From Gammaproteobacteria bacterium (GTDB taxonomy: Bacteria; Pseudomonadota; Gammaproteobacteria; G965277405), in assembly GCA_965277405.1 (NCBI GenBank), contig OZ255726.1:160001-224000 (forward strand): 64,000 nucleotides of DNA, written 5' to 3'. Position 1 is the first letter of the stretch; each line of letters opens with the position of its first letter. The notes beneath the pieces are model-generated. The model did not search any database. It was not told where the DNA came from and saw only the letters and a program-made list of their open reading frames with translations. A program made the position numbers and the translations under genes. This document shows positions 18,235 through 28,354 of the stretch, piece by piece.

Positions 18235-19127
18235 ATATGAGCGCATCGCCCTTCAAAGAAACGATTAAACATATCATCTTAATCCTTGGTGCAATCATCG
18301 TCATCGTACCGTTTTATTTGATGACTAGCTATTCGTTCAAATCACAACGAGAAATTATGACTAACACTGGCGGCTATTTTGGATCGCAACAGCAGGTTGT
18401 CGATGAATATTGTGTGAAATTAGGCAATGAAAGAAAGAATTGTGAGGTCAAGCCTGCTATTTATAATTATAGCGAAGCTTTTAAAAAATCACCTTTGCTA
18501 CGTTATCTGCTGAATGGCTTGCTGGTAACGGCATCGATTTTTTTAATTCAAGTCATCATTGCCATGCCCTGCGCGTATGCCTTATCGAAACTTCGATTTA
18601 AGGGGCGTGATTTTGTGTTTTCAATGGTTGTATTCAGCTTGTTGATTCCGGTACACGCCATTGCCTTACCTCTGTATATCATGCTGTCCAAAATAGGACT
18701 TATTAACAGCTATGCAGCCATGATTATTCCGTGGACGATTTCAGTCTTTGGGATTTTTCTAATGCGCCAATTTTTTATGACTGTACCTGATGATCTAATC
18801 GACGCTGCCAGAATGGATGGTATGAGCGAATATTCAATCATCTGGAAAGTTATGTTACCTACAGCGATACCAGCCCTACTTGCTTTTGCAATTTTTTCAA
18901 TCGTGGCGCATTGGAACGACTATTTCTGGCCAAGAATTGCTATCACTGGCGATAAAAACCTGTATACGCCTCCGTTAGGTATGCGCAATTTTAAGGGGGG
19001 CTCGGACGGGTCTAATTGGGGGCCGATGATGGCAACAGCCACCATCATCGTTACTCCGCTAATCGTTGCTTTTCTGCTGGCACAAAAACGCTTCATCGAA
19101 GGAATTACCCTAACCGGAATGAAATAA
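18231..19127 (+). CDS. CUT1 ABC transporter permease (UgpE-like)
   Basis: FLMRQFF..PDDLIDAARMDG, WNDYFWP, QKRFIEGI. Confidence 0.9.
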   Translation: MNMSASPFKETIKHIILILGAIIVIVPFYLMTSYSFKSQREIMTNTGGYFGSQQQVVDEYCVKLGNERKNCEVKPAIYNYSEAFKKSPLLRYLLNGLLVTASIFLIQVIIAMPCAYALSKLRFKGRDFVFSMVVFSLLIPVHAIALPLYIMLSKIGLINSYAAMIIPWTISVFGIFLMRQFFMTVPDDLIDAARMDGMSEYSIIWKVMLPTAIPALLAFAIFSIVAHWNDYFWPRIAITGDKNLYTPPLGMRNFKGGSDGSNWGPMMATATIIVTPLIVAFLLAQKRFIEGITLTGMK

Positions 19128-19179
19128 CAAAATCTTTTTTTTTTAAATAATTTACACCTAAACCAACAGAGAGAAACTT

Positions 19180-20418
19180 ATGAAACATATTAGATCTTTA
19201 GCCGCAGGTGCTGTTTTGCTGGCTGCACCAGCGCTTGCAGTAGAAATTGAAGTTGCCTATCCATATGGTTATTTACTTGGAGTTACGTATGAAAAAATCA
19301 TGGTCGAGTTTAACAAACAGCATCCTGATATCGACGTTAAATTCCGCGCACATTACGAAAATTACGAAGATGCAACGAATACTATTTTACGCGAAGCTGT
19401 ATCAGGAAACCTGCCAGATGTCACATTGCAAGGCTTAAATCGCCAAGCAATTTTAGTAGAAAAAGGCATCGCTAAATCACTCGACCCGTTCATCGCACAA
19501 GAAGCTGATTTTAAACAAGATGGTTATCACGATGCGATGTTGCGGCTGTCTAGATTCAACAATCAAATTTATGGTATCCCGTTTGCCATCTCAATGCCTA
19601 TTGGTTACTACAACATGGATATCATGAACAAAGCAGGTGTAGCTACCATGCCAACCACATGGGATGATGTAATCTCTGCTTGCCATAAAATGCAAAAAAT
19701 TGGCATTAGAAACCCTGTTTTCTGGGGGTGGAATATTACAGGGAACTGGTTTCTGCAAGCGTTGCTGTGGTCACAAGGCGTCCCGATTATTAAAGATAAT
19801 AAAATTAATTTTGATGGCAAAGCAGGCCTGACTGCATTTGAGACAATGAAGAAAATCTTCCGTGACTGTAAAATGCAAAATCTTTCAAATATAGATTCTT
19901 TGTCTGCGTTCACCTCTGGTGAAATTGGGATGATGTTCACGTCAACTTCGGAAGTTGGCACTGTTGAACGTACTAAAAGTGATTTTGAACTAAAAACTGA
20001 TGTATTCCCAGGAGTTGGCAAAAGTCCAATAGCTTTACCTGCTGGTGGCAATGCGGCATTGCTGGTTTCAACGTCTACAGACCCGCAACGTGTGGCTGCT
20101 GCATGGCAATTTATAAAATTCATTACCTCTGGTATTGGCGCAGCTGCTGTTGCTGAAACAACTGGCTATATACCGCCAAACAAAGCTGCCAACGAACTTA
20201 TTCTAGCCGACTTTTACAAACGCAATCCAAATAAAGAAACAGCTTTTCGTCAATTGCCGTTATTGCGCAATTGGCTGGCATATCCAGGGGCTAATGGCCT
20301 GGCTATTACCCAAGTTATTTATGATGGGATTGAGGGAATTGTTGTTGGCGAAACCAATGACATGAAGGAATTACAACAACAACTTACCGCAGAAGTCTCA
20401 GATTTATTGCCGCAATAA
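19180..20418 (+). CDS. CUT1 ABC substrate-binding protein (UgpB-like)
   Basis: Signal peptide, EFNKQHPDIDV, YGIPFAISMP, AAWQFIKF, TGYIPPN. Confidence 0.88.
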   Translation: MKHIRSLAAGAVLLAAPALAVEIEVAYPYGYLLGVTYEKIMVEFNKQHPDIDVKFRAHYENYEDATNTILREAVSGNLPDVTLQGLNRQAILVEKGIAKSLDPFIAQEADFKQDGYHDAMLRLSRFNNQIYGIPFAISMPIGYYNMDIMNKAGVATMPTTWDDVISACHKMQKIGIRNPVFWGWNITGNWFLQALLWSQGVPIIKDNKINFDGKAGLTAFETMKKIFRDCKMQNLSNIDSLSAFTSGEIGMMFTSTSEVGTVERTKSDFELKTDVFPGVGKSPIALPAGGNAALLVSTSTDPQRVAAAWQFIKFITSGIGAAAVAETTGYIPPNKAANELILADFYKRNPNKETAFRQLPLLRNWLAYPGANGLAITQVIYDGIEGIVVGETNDMKELQQQLTAEVSDLLPQ

Positions 20419-20541
20419 TCGGCTAATTAAACTTATACTTGAATGGAGGAGCAGCGACAATGCTCTCCTCTATTCCATAATCACCTCGCGCATACCAAAT
20501 TATATAATGGTTACACCCAACAACTTTCCAGGGAGAATTGT

Positions 20542-21309
20542 ATGAGCTTTATACAAATTACCGACACTCATTTTATTCCTAAAGGTCAACTTCTGTATGG
20601 TCTAGACCCTTACAAACGTCTCCAGGCAGGTATTGATTTGATTAATAAAGAGCACAATGACGCTGACTTTGTTTTAGTCACAGGCGATCTAGCCGATTTG
20701 GGGGACAAAGAAGCCTACATCCAGTTGCAAGAGGTCGTCGCGCCTTTAACAATACCCATTCATTTTATGATGGGTAACCACGACAGCAGAGCTCCTTTTC
20801 GTGAAATATTTACCAATGTAGCGGAAATTGAGGGGGGCTTTTTTCAATATGCTGTAGAAACAGATACAATGCGTATTGTATGCCTTGATTCACTAATTGA
20901 CATCCCAGGAGTTCATCAAGGGCAATTATGTGAAACGCGCCTTCGCTGGCTTGATGCGGAGATAGCAGCAACGCCATCTGATAAAAAATTAGTTATAGCA
21001 AACCATCACCCACCATTCGATTTGGGTATAGCTGAGATGGACAAAATAAAACTTACAGACAGCGATGCCTTTCAAGAAGTTTTAGAAAAGCGCAAACCTG
21101 ATCTGTTGATATTCGGGCATATTCATCTCCCTATATCTGGAAATTGGCGCGGCATCCCTTTTCACATTCAACGCGGCTTCAATCATCAAGGTGCCCTTAA
21201 TTTCGTCGATGATACTCCATGTATATTCATCGATGAAAACCCCGACATTGCTATCATTCGCCATACGCAAGATAGCATTCATGTCTTTACCAAATCTGTA
21301 AGCGTGTAA
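20542..21309 (+). CDS. Metallophosphoesterase, GpdQ/CpdA-like phosphodiesterase
   Basis: QITDTH, VTGDLAD, GNHD, HHPP, FGHIH motifs; GGGAG RBS before ATG 20542. Confidence 0.88.
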   Translation: MSFIQITDTHFIPKGQLLYGLDPYKRLQAGIDLINKEHNDADFVLVTGDLADLGDKEAYIQLQEVVAPLTIPIHFMMGNHDSRAPFREIFTNVAEIEGGFFQYAVETDTMRIVCLDSLIDIPGVHQGQLCETRLRWLDAEIAATPSDKKLVIANHHPPFDLGIAEMDKIKLTDSDAFQEVLEKRKPDLLIFGHIHLPISGNWRGIPFHIQRGFNHQGALNFVDDTPCIFIDENPDIAIIRHTQDSIHVFTKSVSV

Positions 21310-21483
21310 TCCCAATCATATCAACAATCAGCAAGACGATTGCATCAGCCAAAAATTTATCGGACTTGCTCTCAAATGTGAACGCAGCTATACAATTACC
21401 CATGCTCGACCACCAGTGCGCGTCAGTGCGCATATGGGGTTGCGGACTTAACTAAATACGCGACTCCAGCAAAGCATCAACCA

Positions 21484-21520
21484 ACAAACTCGTTCCATCA
21501 GCGAGTTAATCAGAGGTTCC
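21484..21520 (+). mobile_element. MITE-A right-end remnant abutting duplicated desaturase fragment
   Basis: AAACTCGTTCCATCAGCGAGTTAATCAGAGGTTCC. Confidence 0.8.
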
Positions 21521-21629
21521 ATAAACTATGGTGGTCATATACATACAGGCGGGTATGCAAGCCGTTGCTGCGGCTTCTAATAACCGCGGCAGCTTTTCAT
21601 TGGCGTAATCGTTGTCATTTAAAGGCATT
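21521..21629 (-). pseudogene. 5' remnant of a second desaturase copy
   Basis: Encodes MPLNDNDYANEK... homologous to 15501-15609; truncated at MITE end. Confidence 0.8.
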
Positions 21630-21659
21630 GCATTCTTTGGATAGCATTCGTTGGGATGT

Positions 21660-21683
21660 GGTTTCATAAAAAATTCATAATTG
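21660..21683 (+). promoter_or_regulatory. Pho-box-like direct repeat upstream of phoX
   Basis: GGTTTCATAAAAAATTCATAA, TCAT cores 11 bp apart; phoX is a canonical PhoB target. Confidence 0.6.
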
Positions 21684-21810
21684 ATGGGATTTTATATCCA
21701 AACTACAGACAACAGTAAAGTAGTTATACAAACACTGTCGGCATTACAGAGATATTGGGGTTTCGACGTGAGGCAGACGTTTGATTTTTTACATACACCA
21801 GGTGAAAAAT

Positions 21811-23706
21811 ATGAAAGAACAATATACAGAGACGAGTACAGTAGACTTTAATCGTTGCATTGCAAAAATGATATCACGACGTGATTTTTTACAGCGCAGC
21901 GCGCTTGGTTTGAGTGGTTTTGCAGCAGCGGCTACCTTGCCAAACATCTCATTCGCGAATACACCATCTGCAGTGCTTGGTTTTAACCACATAGCTGCAA
22001 ATAGTCATGATACTGTTACGCTAGCGACTGGCTATAACTGGAACGTACTTGTGTCGTGGGGTGATCCATTGTTTCCTCAAGCCCCAGTTTTTGATAACGA
22101 TACTCGTGGCAATAGCACCAGCCAAATGCTGGCGTTTGGTGATAACAACGATGGTATGGCTTTATTTCCAATCAGCGATGACCATGCAGTTGTGGCAATC
22201 AATAATGAATACATCAACATGGATTCTTTTTATCCAAACGGCAAAGTGGCAAGTGCGGATGATGTAAAAAAATGCAAAGCTGCACATGGTGTGAGTGTAT
22301 TTGAAATTAAAAAAACAGCCACTGGCGGTTGGCAAATACACCTTGACGGTCAACGTAACCGCCGTATTACCGCAGACACGCCGATGATGATTACAGGACC
22401 AGCACGTGGCAATGAACATCTGCATACTGCAGCTGATCCAAACGGCATTCTAGCATTAGGCACATGGAATAATTGCGGAAATGGGCAAACTCCTTGGGGA
22501 ACTTATCTTACATGTGAAGAGAATTTCAATAGTTATTTTGCTAGTGATGATAGTAATTATACCCCAACCACGATGCATACCCGCTATGGAGTTGGTGTGA
22601 AGGATAGAGGATATAGCTGGTATAAATACGACCGTCGCTTTGATATTAGCAAAGCGCCAAATGAGCCAAATCGTTGTGGCTATATCGTTGAAATTGACCC
22701 ACATAACCCTGACAGCATGCCGAAAAAACTTACAGCGCTTGGTCGATTTAAGCACGAAAACGCTGAAGTTGTTGTTGCCAGCAATGGTCAAGTCGTTGTG
22801 TATATGGGTGATGATGAACGCGGTGAATATTTGTATAAGTTTGTCAGCAACAACAAATACCAACCTGGCGATACTACCCACAACTCCAACTTGTTAGACG
22901 AAGGAAAACTATATGTAGCGCGCTTTGACCCAACCGACAAGTTAGCAGGAGACGGCCATTGGATTGAGTTGCGCTATGGCATCAATGGCTTGGACAAAGC
23001 TAACGGGTTTAACAACCAAGCCGAGGTCTGTATATTTGCAAGACACGCAGCAACAGTTGTGCGGGCAACAACGATGGACCGTCCAGAATGGGTCGCGGCA
23101 CATCCGCATAAAGCCGAGGTGTATTGCACTTTAACGAATAATAAAAATCGTGGCATTAAGAAAAATGCAGGTGGGGTTGAGCAAGTTATTGGCGGACCCA
23201 ATCCACGTAAAAAAAACATTTATGGTCAAATTGTGCGCTGGCGGCCTGCCAATGGTGACCACCTAGCAAGTGACTTTATTTGGGATTTATTTGTGATTGC
23301 TGGCAATCCATCCGTCCATGCAACTGGCTTAAAAGCAGGTTCAAATAATATTACCGCTGAAAATATGTTTAATTCTCCAGATGGTATTAAGTTTGATAAT
23401 GGCGGACGGCTTTGGATTCAAACCGATGGCAAGTATTCAAACAAAGGTGAGTTTGCTGGAATGGGGAATAACCAAATGCTCTGCGCCGATACACAAACGG
23501 GAGAAATCCGTCGCTTTATGGTTGGTCCTATTGCCTGTGAGATTACTGGTGCAATGTTCACAGCAGACCATACAACAATGTTTGTTGGTATCCAGCATCC
23601 AGGTGAAAAAAACGCTGGGTCTAGTTTTCCTGGGGGCGGTGCAACTGTACCACGTTCATCAGTTATTGCTATTCGCAAAAATGATGGCGGTGTTATTGGC
23701 AGCTAG
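21811..23706 (+). CDS. phoX: Tat-exported alkaline phosphatase PhoX
   Basis: SRRDFLQ twin-arginine signal; FGDNNDGM, NNEY, TPWGTYLTCEEN, GRFKHEN, MDRPEW, SPDG, CEITG, IQHPGE. Confidence 0.95.
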   Translation: MKEQYTETSTVDFNRCIAKMISRRDFLQRSALGLSGFAAAATLPNISFANTPSAVLGFNHIAANSHDTVTLATGYNWNVLVSWGDPLFPQAPVFDNDTRGNSTSQMLAFGDNNDGMALFPISDDHAVVAINNEYINMDSFYPNGKVASADDVKKCKAAHGVSVFEIKKTATGGWQIHLDGQRNRRITADTPMMITGPARGNEHLHTAADPNGILALGTWNNCGNGQTPWGTYLTCEENFNSYFASDDSNYTPTTMHTRYGVGVKDRGYSWYKYDRRFDISKAPNEPNRCGYIVEIDPHNPDSMPKKLTALGRFKHENAEVVVASNGQVVVYMGDDERGEYLYKFVSNNKYQPGDTTHNSNLLDEGKLYVARFDPTDKLAGDGHWIELRYGINGLDKANGFNNQAEVCIFARHAATVVRATTMDRPEWVAAHPHKAEVYCTLTNNKNRGIKKNAGGVEQVIGGPNPRKKNIYGQIVRWRPANGDHLASDFIWDLFVIAGNPSVHATGLKAGSNNITAENMFNSPDGIKFDNGGRLWIQTDGKYSNKGEFAGMGNNQMLCADTQTGEIRRFMVGPIACEITGAMFTADHTTMFVGIQHPGEKNAGSSFPGGGATVPRSSVIAIRKNDGGVIGS

Positions 23707-23871
23707 TCCGATACATTGTAATATGTATGCTGTAACACAGCAAACTGGCGGTAGGTGCCAGTTGTTGTCGATGTCTGTAGCTGCTACATCAGTTCCTTGA
23801 TAAGCTACTTCTTTTAAACAGCAAATAATGTAAGGAGCACAATAACGAGTAATACTGCTGTGCTGCAATTT

Positions 23872-24837
23872 TCACATTATTTTCTCAAGCATATTTGGGT
23901 GGCTGATGGACAACATCATCCGTTTATATTTTGTTCTACTCCCCCTGTCAATCAGCCAGCCACGCACATATATCCGCGTACCTTGCCATTGTTTTACGTT
24001 TGCTGCCCCACCAAACCTCACCAAGTTTTTTGTGGCTATGCGCACAGCTAATGGCCCTTGCAAATCAATCCAGAGCGATTTTTTTGTCAATGTTACCCGT
24101 TCCACAACTCCATTTACCCGCCAGAATCCTGTTTGCTCGACACGCAGCGATTCTGCTGCAATCGAATTGTAGGTTGGCAACCCCCAAACACCGCGATTAT
24201 GCTGCAAAGCACGTTGTTCATACACAGAATAACAGCGCTGATGAGCATCATTTGGCACAATGGCAACAACCCAGCCATAGCCGCCATCGAGCAAGACAGC
24301 GGTTAAATTGACCGGTTGCTGCTGGTTAACATGGTGTTGTGCCCAAGGTTGGGTGAACAGCCGTTTAGCGAGCGTTGGCGTGATAAAAATATGCCCAAGA
24401 TTCCGTTTGTATCGGTCATGGGTATCGACTCCGTTATACCACTTAACGCTGGCATTGCGTAGCGGCTGTAATACCTGCTGCGCTTGACGAGCATACGCTT
24501 GCCCTATGTGGGTGTTTGTTGCAATTTCTGGGGTATTGATACCAATAAAGCGGATAATATCAGTATCAATTCGTACTGTATCACCATCATACACAACGGT
24601 GACAATTCCTTGTTTGAGTGGTCGCTGCGGCAAACACTCTGCAAGTTGTTGTGCAGATAACGGCATTGCCCATATCAGCAATGCAAGTATCAACAGCCGT
24701 GTGCGCAAGCTGTGTTTAAATCGATGATGCGCGGCAAAATCAGTGCCACGCCAGGCTATACAGCGCCCTGCCATATCCTTTTCAACACAGCCACATAGTA
24801 TTGCTGCGTATTGCTTGCGCATACTCTTGACCTGCAA
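23872..24837 (-). CDS. Thermonuclease (SNase) family protein with C-terminal OB-like domain
   Basis: VYDGDTV, IRFIGINTPE, DRYKRNLGH, RGVW; start uncertain. Confidence 0.82.
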   Translation of the reverse strand: MQVKSMRKQYAAILCGCVEKDMAGRCIAWRGTDFAAHHRFKHSLRTRLLILALLIWAMPLSAQQLAECLPQRPLKQGIVTVVYDGDTVRIDTDIIRFIGINTPEIATNTHIGQAYARQAQQVLQPLRNASVKWYNGVDTHDRYKRNLGHIFITPTLAKRLFTQPWAQHHVNQQQPVNLTAVLLDGGYGWVVAIVPNDAHQRCYSVYEQRALQHNRGVWGLPTYNSIAAESLRVEQTGFWRVNGVVERVTLTKKSLWIDLQGPLAVRIATKNLVRFGGAANVKQWQGTRIYVRGWLIDRGSRTKYKRMMLSISHPNMLEKIM

Positions 24838-24879
24838 TTATATTAAAAACCGTTGGCAACAAATGCTACGCTAATGTAG

Positions 24880-24923
24880 TTTTTTCTCCGTCTCGCCCCA
24901 TCATGGACTTAATCAGAGCTTCC
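24880..24923 (-). mobile_element. MITE-A left-end remnant abutting IS5
   Basis: CTCCGTCTCGCCCCATCATGGACTTAATCAGAGCTTCC then CTAA. Confidence 0.85.
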
Positions 24924-24927
24924 CTAA

Positions 24928-26148
24928 GGAAGCTCTGGTTAAGTCCCAAACAACAGCAATATCAGCTACAAAGATATACAATGGTGAATCTATTTGAATA
25001 TTTGAATAAGCGGATAATCTTATGAAACAAACAACTTTTGCCAGTGCTGCATACGACCACAAGAAAGTAACAACAAAACGTGAAAAATTCTTGCAGTTAA
25101 TGTACAAATTAGCTCCATGGCAACAGTTGTTAGAGTTAATAGAACCGCATTATCTCAAGAAAGGGAATGGCCGCCCACCGATTAATATGCAGACCATGTT
25201 ACGCATTTATTTTTTACAGCAATGGTACAACTTATCAGACCCAGGGGTAGAAGAAGCACTATATGACATGGAAAGCATGCGGCGTTTTGCCCATATAGAG
25301 CTGATAGACGATGCCATCCCTGATGAAACTACCATCTTGAACTTGCCCGCAGGATCATAGAAAAACATCAACTCAGCGTCAAGATACTTGCTGTCGTGAA
25401 TGAGTATTGTATGGAAAATAATATAATAATCTCACAAGGGACAATGGTTGATGCCACGACCATCAATGCGCCATCATCTACGAAGAATAAAGAGAAAAAA
25501 CGGGATCCTGAAATGCATCAAACCCGCAAAGGCAATCAGTGGTATTTTGGCATGAAGATTCATATAGGAACTGACGCTAATAGCAATATGATTCATAGCG
25601 CGACAGTTACAGCCGCGAATGAAGCTGACATCAATGAACTCCCAAAATTGCTGCGTAAAACAGACAAGGTTATCTTTGCCGATGCAGGATATACGAGCGA
25701 CAGTTATAAACGCGGCTCGCGTCACCTTGGGATAGATTGGCGCGTGAATGATAAACGTAAACCAAAGCAGCAAATGAGCGGCTCGCAGCGCCAACGCAAT
25801 AGACAGAACTCTAAGGTGCGCGCCCGGATTGAGCACTGTTTTCGGGTAATCAAATGTCAGTTTGGTTATAAGAAAGCTCGCTACAAAGGACTAGAAAAGA
25901 ATCGAGTACAAGTATTTTCTTTGCTTGCATTGACGAACTTATACATGCTGCGAGGACGACTAACAGGATAGAACCGCCCAAAATTCAAGAAAAACAATAA
26001 AAAACAGTAAAAAACAGTAAAAAACAGTAAAACAGCAACACGAAGATCAGCGAAATGATCAAATATTGACCATTGAAAATTATTGCTATTATTTTTTTGG
26101 AGTATATACGAGTTATTGGAGTATATGAGCGTCTTAATCAGAGCTTCC
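24928..26148 (+). mobile_element. IS5-family (IS5 subgroup) insertion sequence, 1221 bp
   Basis: TIRs GGAAGCTCTGGTTAAG / CTTAATCAGAGCTTCC, YTAR-type flanks (CTAA, TTAG), transposase inside. Confidence 0.93.
25022..25971 (+). pseudogene. IS5-family DDE transposase, frameshifted near 25343
   Basis: GRPP...MLRIYFLQQWYNLSD...PDETTILN in frame 1; VDATTI, KGNQWYFGMKIHIG, FADAGY, RARIEHCF in frame 2. Confidence 0.9.
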
Positions 26149-26152
26149 TTAG

Positions 26153-26445
26153 GGAAGCTCTGATTAAGTCGCTGATGGAGCGAGGTTGCCTGCAATTGCT
26201 GATGATTGCAAGGCGCAAACCGCTAAGCGCATGCCGAGCTATACGCCAAGGGATGCAACACAGCAAGTACCGCTTGTAGGCAAACCATCATCTATTCAAT
26301 AGAAGGCCGGGAAAAAACGCTGCGCTAACGTCGTTGCAGCACTTGGCAGCACCCACAAGACCACCAGTATTATCTGCGCACTGCGTCTAGTTATCATCAG
26401 CGTTTTTTCTCCGTCTCGCCCATCATGGACTTAATCAGAGCTTCC
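26153..26445 (-). mobile_element. MITE-A full copy directly abutting IS5 right end
   Basis: Perfect TIRs; near-identical to 2247-2532 with one loop repeat. Confidence 0.93.
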
Positions 26446-26475
26446 CTAAGCAAAAGTTCATTGACCAATAGCTGC

Positions 26476-27570
26476 TTACGCGCGACGTTCAAACTCCTGC
26501 ATAAAACCAATCAACGCATCAACTGATGCCTCGCTAACAGGATTATATAAACTTGCTCGCAACCCGCCAACAGACAAATGGCCTTTTAACCCGAGCATAT
26601 CGTGCCCAGTTGCTTGTTGCAGAAACTGCTGATGTAACAATTCATCTGTGCAGGTGAAGGGGATGTTCATCAATGAGCGAAATTGCGTTGGTATAATATT
26701 TTCGTACAATGTAGAGTTATCAATCATTGCATACAGTTTCCCCGCCTTTTTTTGGTTTACAGCATGGATACCTGCTATACCACCTTGGCTCTTAAGCCAA
26801 TCAAGCACCAATCCTGTTACATACATCGCAAAGGTATTAGGGGTGTTGAGCATCGATTTTTGTTGAACTTGCGCCTGATATTGTAAAGCGATCGGGCAAT
26901 GTGGCGCAGGCGTGCGCGCGAGTAAATTTCTATCTATCATTGCCACGCTCAACCCTGCTGGCCCAAGATTTTTTTGCATGCAAGCGTAGACCATGCCATG
27001 GGCACCGTAGTTAAACGGCTCACTCAGAATTGCTGATGAATAATCAGCAATCAATGGCGATGCTGTCTGCGGTTTACCGACGCGAATACCATTGATAGTT
27101 TCATTCGGACAATAATGTACATACGAATATTTGCCGCTAGTAAGCTCGTTGGACATCCCATAGTTGTCCCAATCAATATTCCGCGCTGTCTCATTGGTAT
27201 ACTGTTGTTGTATTATTGGTGGTAGCGCAGCAGCCATGGCTTTTCCGTGCGCAGCAGCACGATTTGACCAATACCCGCTGACCCAATATGCACTTGGGGT
27301 ATCCACAAGACCTAGGTTTAATGGAATGATCCCAAAATGGACTTGCGCACCTCCTGACATGAAGACTATCTCATGGCTATCTGGTAACTGAGTCAGTTGG
27401 CGAAATGCATCATACATGTGTTGATAACAATCCATAAATTGCTTGGAGCGATGGCTGATTTCAAATGCTGAAACACCCTGGCCGTGCCAATTTCCTAATT
27501 CCTCCTTAATCCGTGCAACAACAATAGCTGGCAGCCCCGTTGGCCCAGCTGAAAAATTGTGAACTGTCAC
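26476..27570 (-). CDS. serC: Phosphoserine aminotransferase
   Basis: HNFSAGP, EISHRS, NETING, QKNLGPAGL, NTP, RSLMNIPF, KGHLSVGGLRASLYN. Confidence 0.95.
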   Translation of the reverse strand: MTVHNFSAGPTGLPAIVVARIKEELGNWHGQGVSAFEISHRSKQFMDCYQHMYDAFRQLTQLPDSHEIVFMSGGAQVHFGIIPLNLGLVDTPSAYWVSGYWSNRAAAHGKAMAAALPPIIQQQYTNETARNIDWDNYGMSNELTSGKYSYVHYCPNETINGIRVGKPQTASPLIADYSSAILSEPFNYGAHGMVYACMQKNLGPAGLSVAMIDRNLLARTPAPHCPIALQYQAQVQQKSMLNTPNTFAMYVTGLVLDWLKSQGGIAGIHAVNQKKAGKLYAMIDNSTLYENIIPTQFRSLMNIPFTCTDELLHQQFLQQATGHDMLGLKGHLSVGGLRASLYNPVSEASVDALIGFMQEFERRA

Positions 27571-28133
27571 TCGATTTTACTCCATTGCTCGAGTACAGCA
27601 TCTTGCCATACGCGGTGATTGAGCTCACCAACATGTCGGTAGGCAATATCACCGTTAGCAGTGACCAACAGCGTGACAGGGAGCGCATCAATACCTAATC
27701 TAGCCGCAATCTGCCCCTGCGGGTCAAATATTGTCTGCGCGTACGGGTTTCCAAGCGTCGCTAACCAGAGCTTGGCTGCGGCAACATCATTTTTATAGTT
27801 TAGACCAACAATTGGAATTTTTTGTCTGTTGAGCGATAACATGAATGGGTGCTCAACTCTACAAATGGGACACCAACTGGCAAAACTGTTGATGATATAA
27901 GCGGTTTTTGGTAAGTCTTGATTGCTGATTGTCGTACCATCTAGCGTCGCTGCTGTGAAAATTGGAACACTGGTGACAGACGGTGCAACAAGGTTCAATA
28001 ACTCTTGGCTATATTGACTGCTAAGCCATAGTCCACCAATGATGAACAAGGCTACAAGCGCAATTTTTTTTTGACGAGTAGATGGCGCATCTCTATTTGC
28101 TGGTAGGGTGTGCTGACGGACTATTCCAAACAT
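27567..28133 (-). CDS. Thiol:disulfide interchange protein DsbE/CcmG-like
   Basis: N-terminal TM anchor, FASWCPICRVEHP, GLNYK, LGNPY, P.T...G.IAYRHVG. Confidence 0.82.
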   Translation of the reverse strand: MFGIVRQHTLPANRDAPSTRQKKIALVALFIIGGLWLSSQYSQELLNLVAPSVTSVPIFTAATLDGTTISNQDLPKTAYIINSFASWCPICRVEHPFMLSLNRQKIPIVGLNYKNDVAAAKLWLATLGNPYAQTIFDPQGQIAARLGIDALPVTLLVTANGDIAYRHVGELNHRVWQDAVLEQWSKIE

Positions 28134-28139
28134 CTATAG

Positions 28140-28295
28140 TGAACCTCTGCTTAAGTCCATGATGGGCGAGACGGAGAAAAAACGCTGAATGATAACAAGA
28201 CGCAACAATCGAATACACCCAAACTGTTGCTTACTTTTATTATCAGGAACTTAGACTTAAGCCGCTGATGCAGCACATTAATAATCAGAAATTCC
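28140..28295 (+). mobile_element. Degenerate MITE-A copy just upstream of dsbE-like start
   Basis: GAACCTCTGCTTAAGTCCATGATGGGCGAGACGGAGAAAAAACGCTG; TIR-like TAATCAGAAATTCC at ~28282-28295. Confidence 0.75.
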
Positions 28296-28354
28296 ATACA
28301 TACGCTATGAGAAGAATGCAAAATTGTACCGCGTAGTTATTCACGTACGCGTAG

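Noticed and set aside
19608-20123. Long antisense ORFs opposite ABC, phoX, rpoD and other genes
   Set aside because: Shadow frames of well-supported genes with no recognisable motifs
25330-25400. Programmed ribosomal frameshift in the IS5 transposase
   Set aside because: No slippery A-run at the break; IS5-subgroup transposases are normally a single ORF; a small insertion explains it
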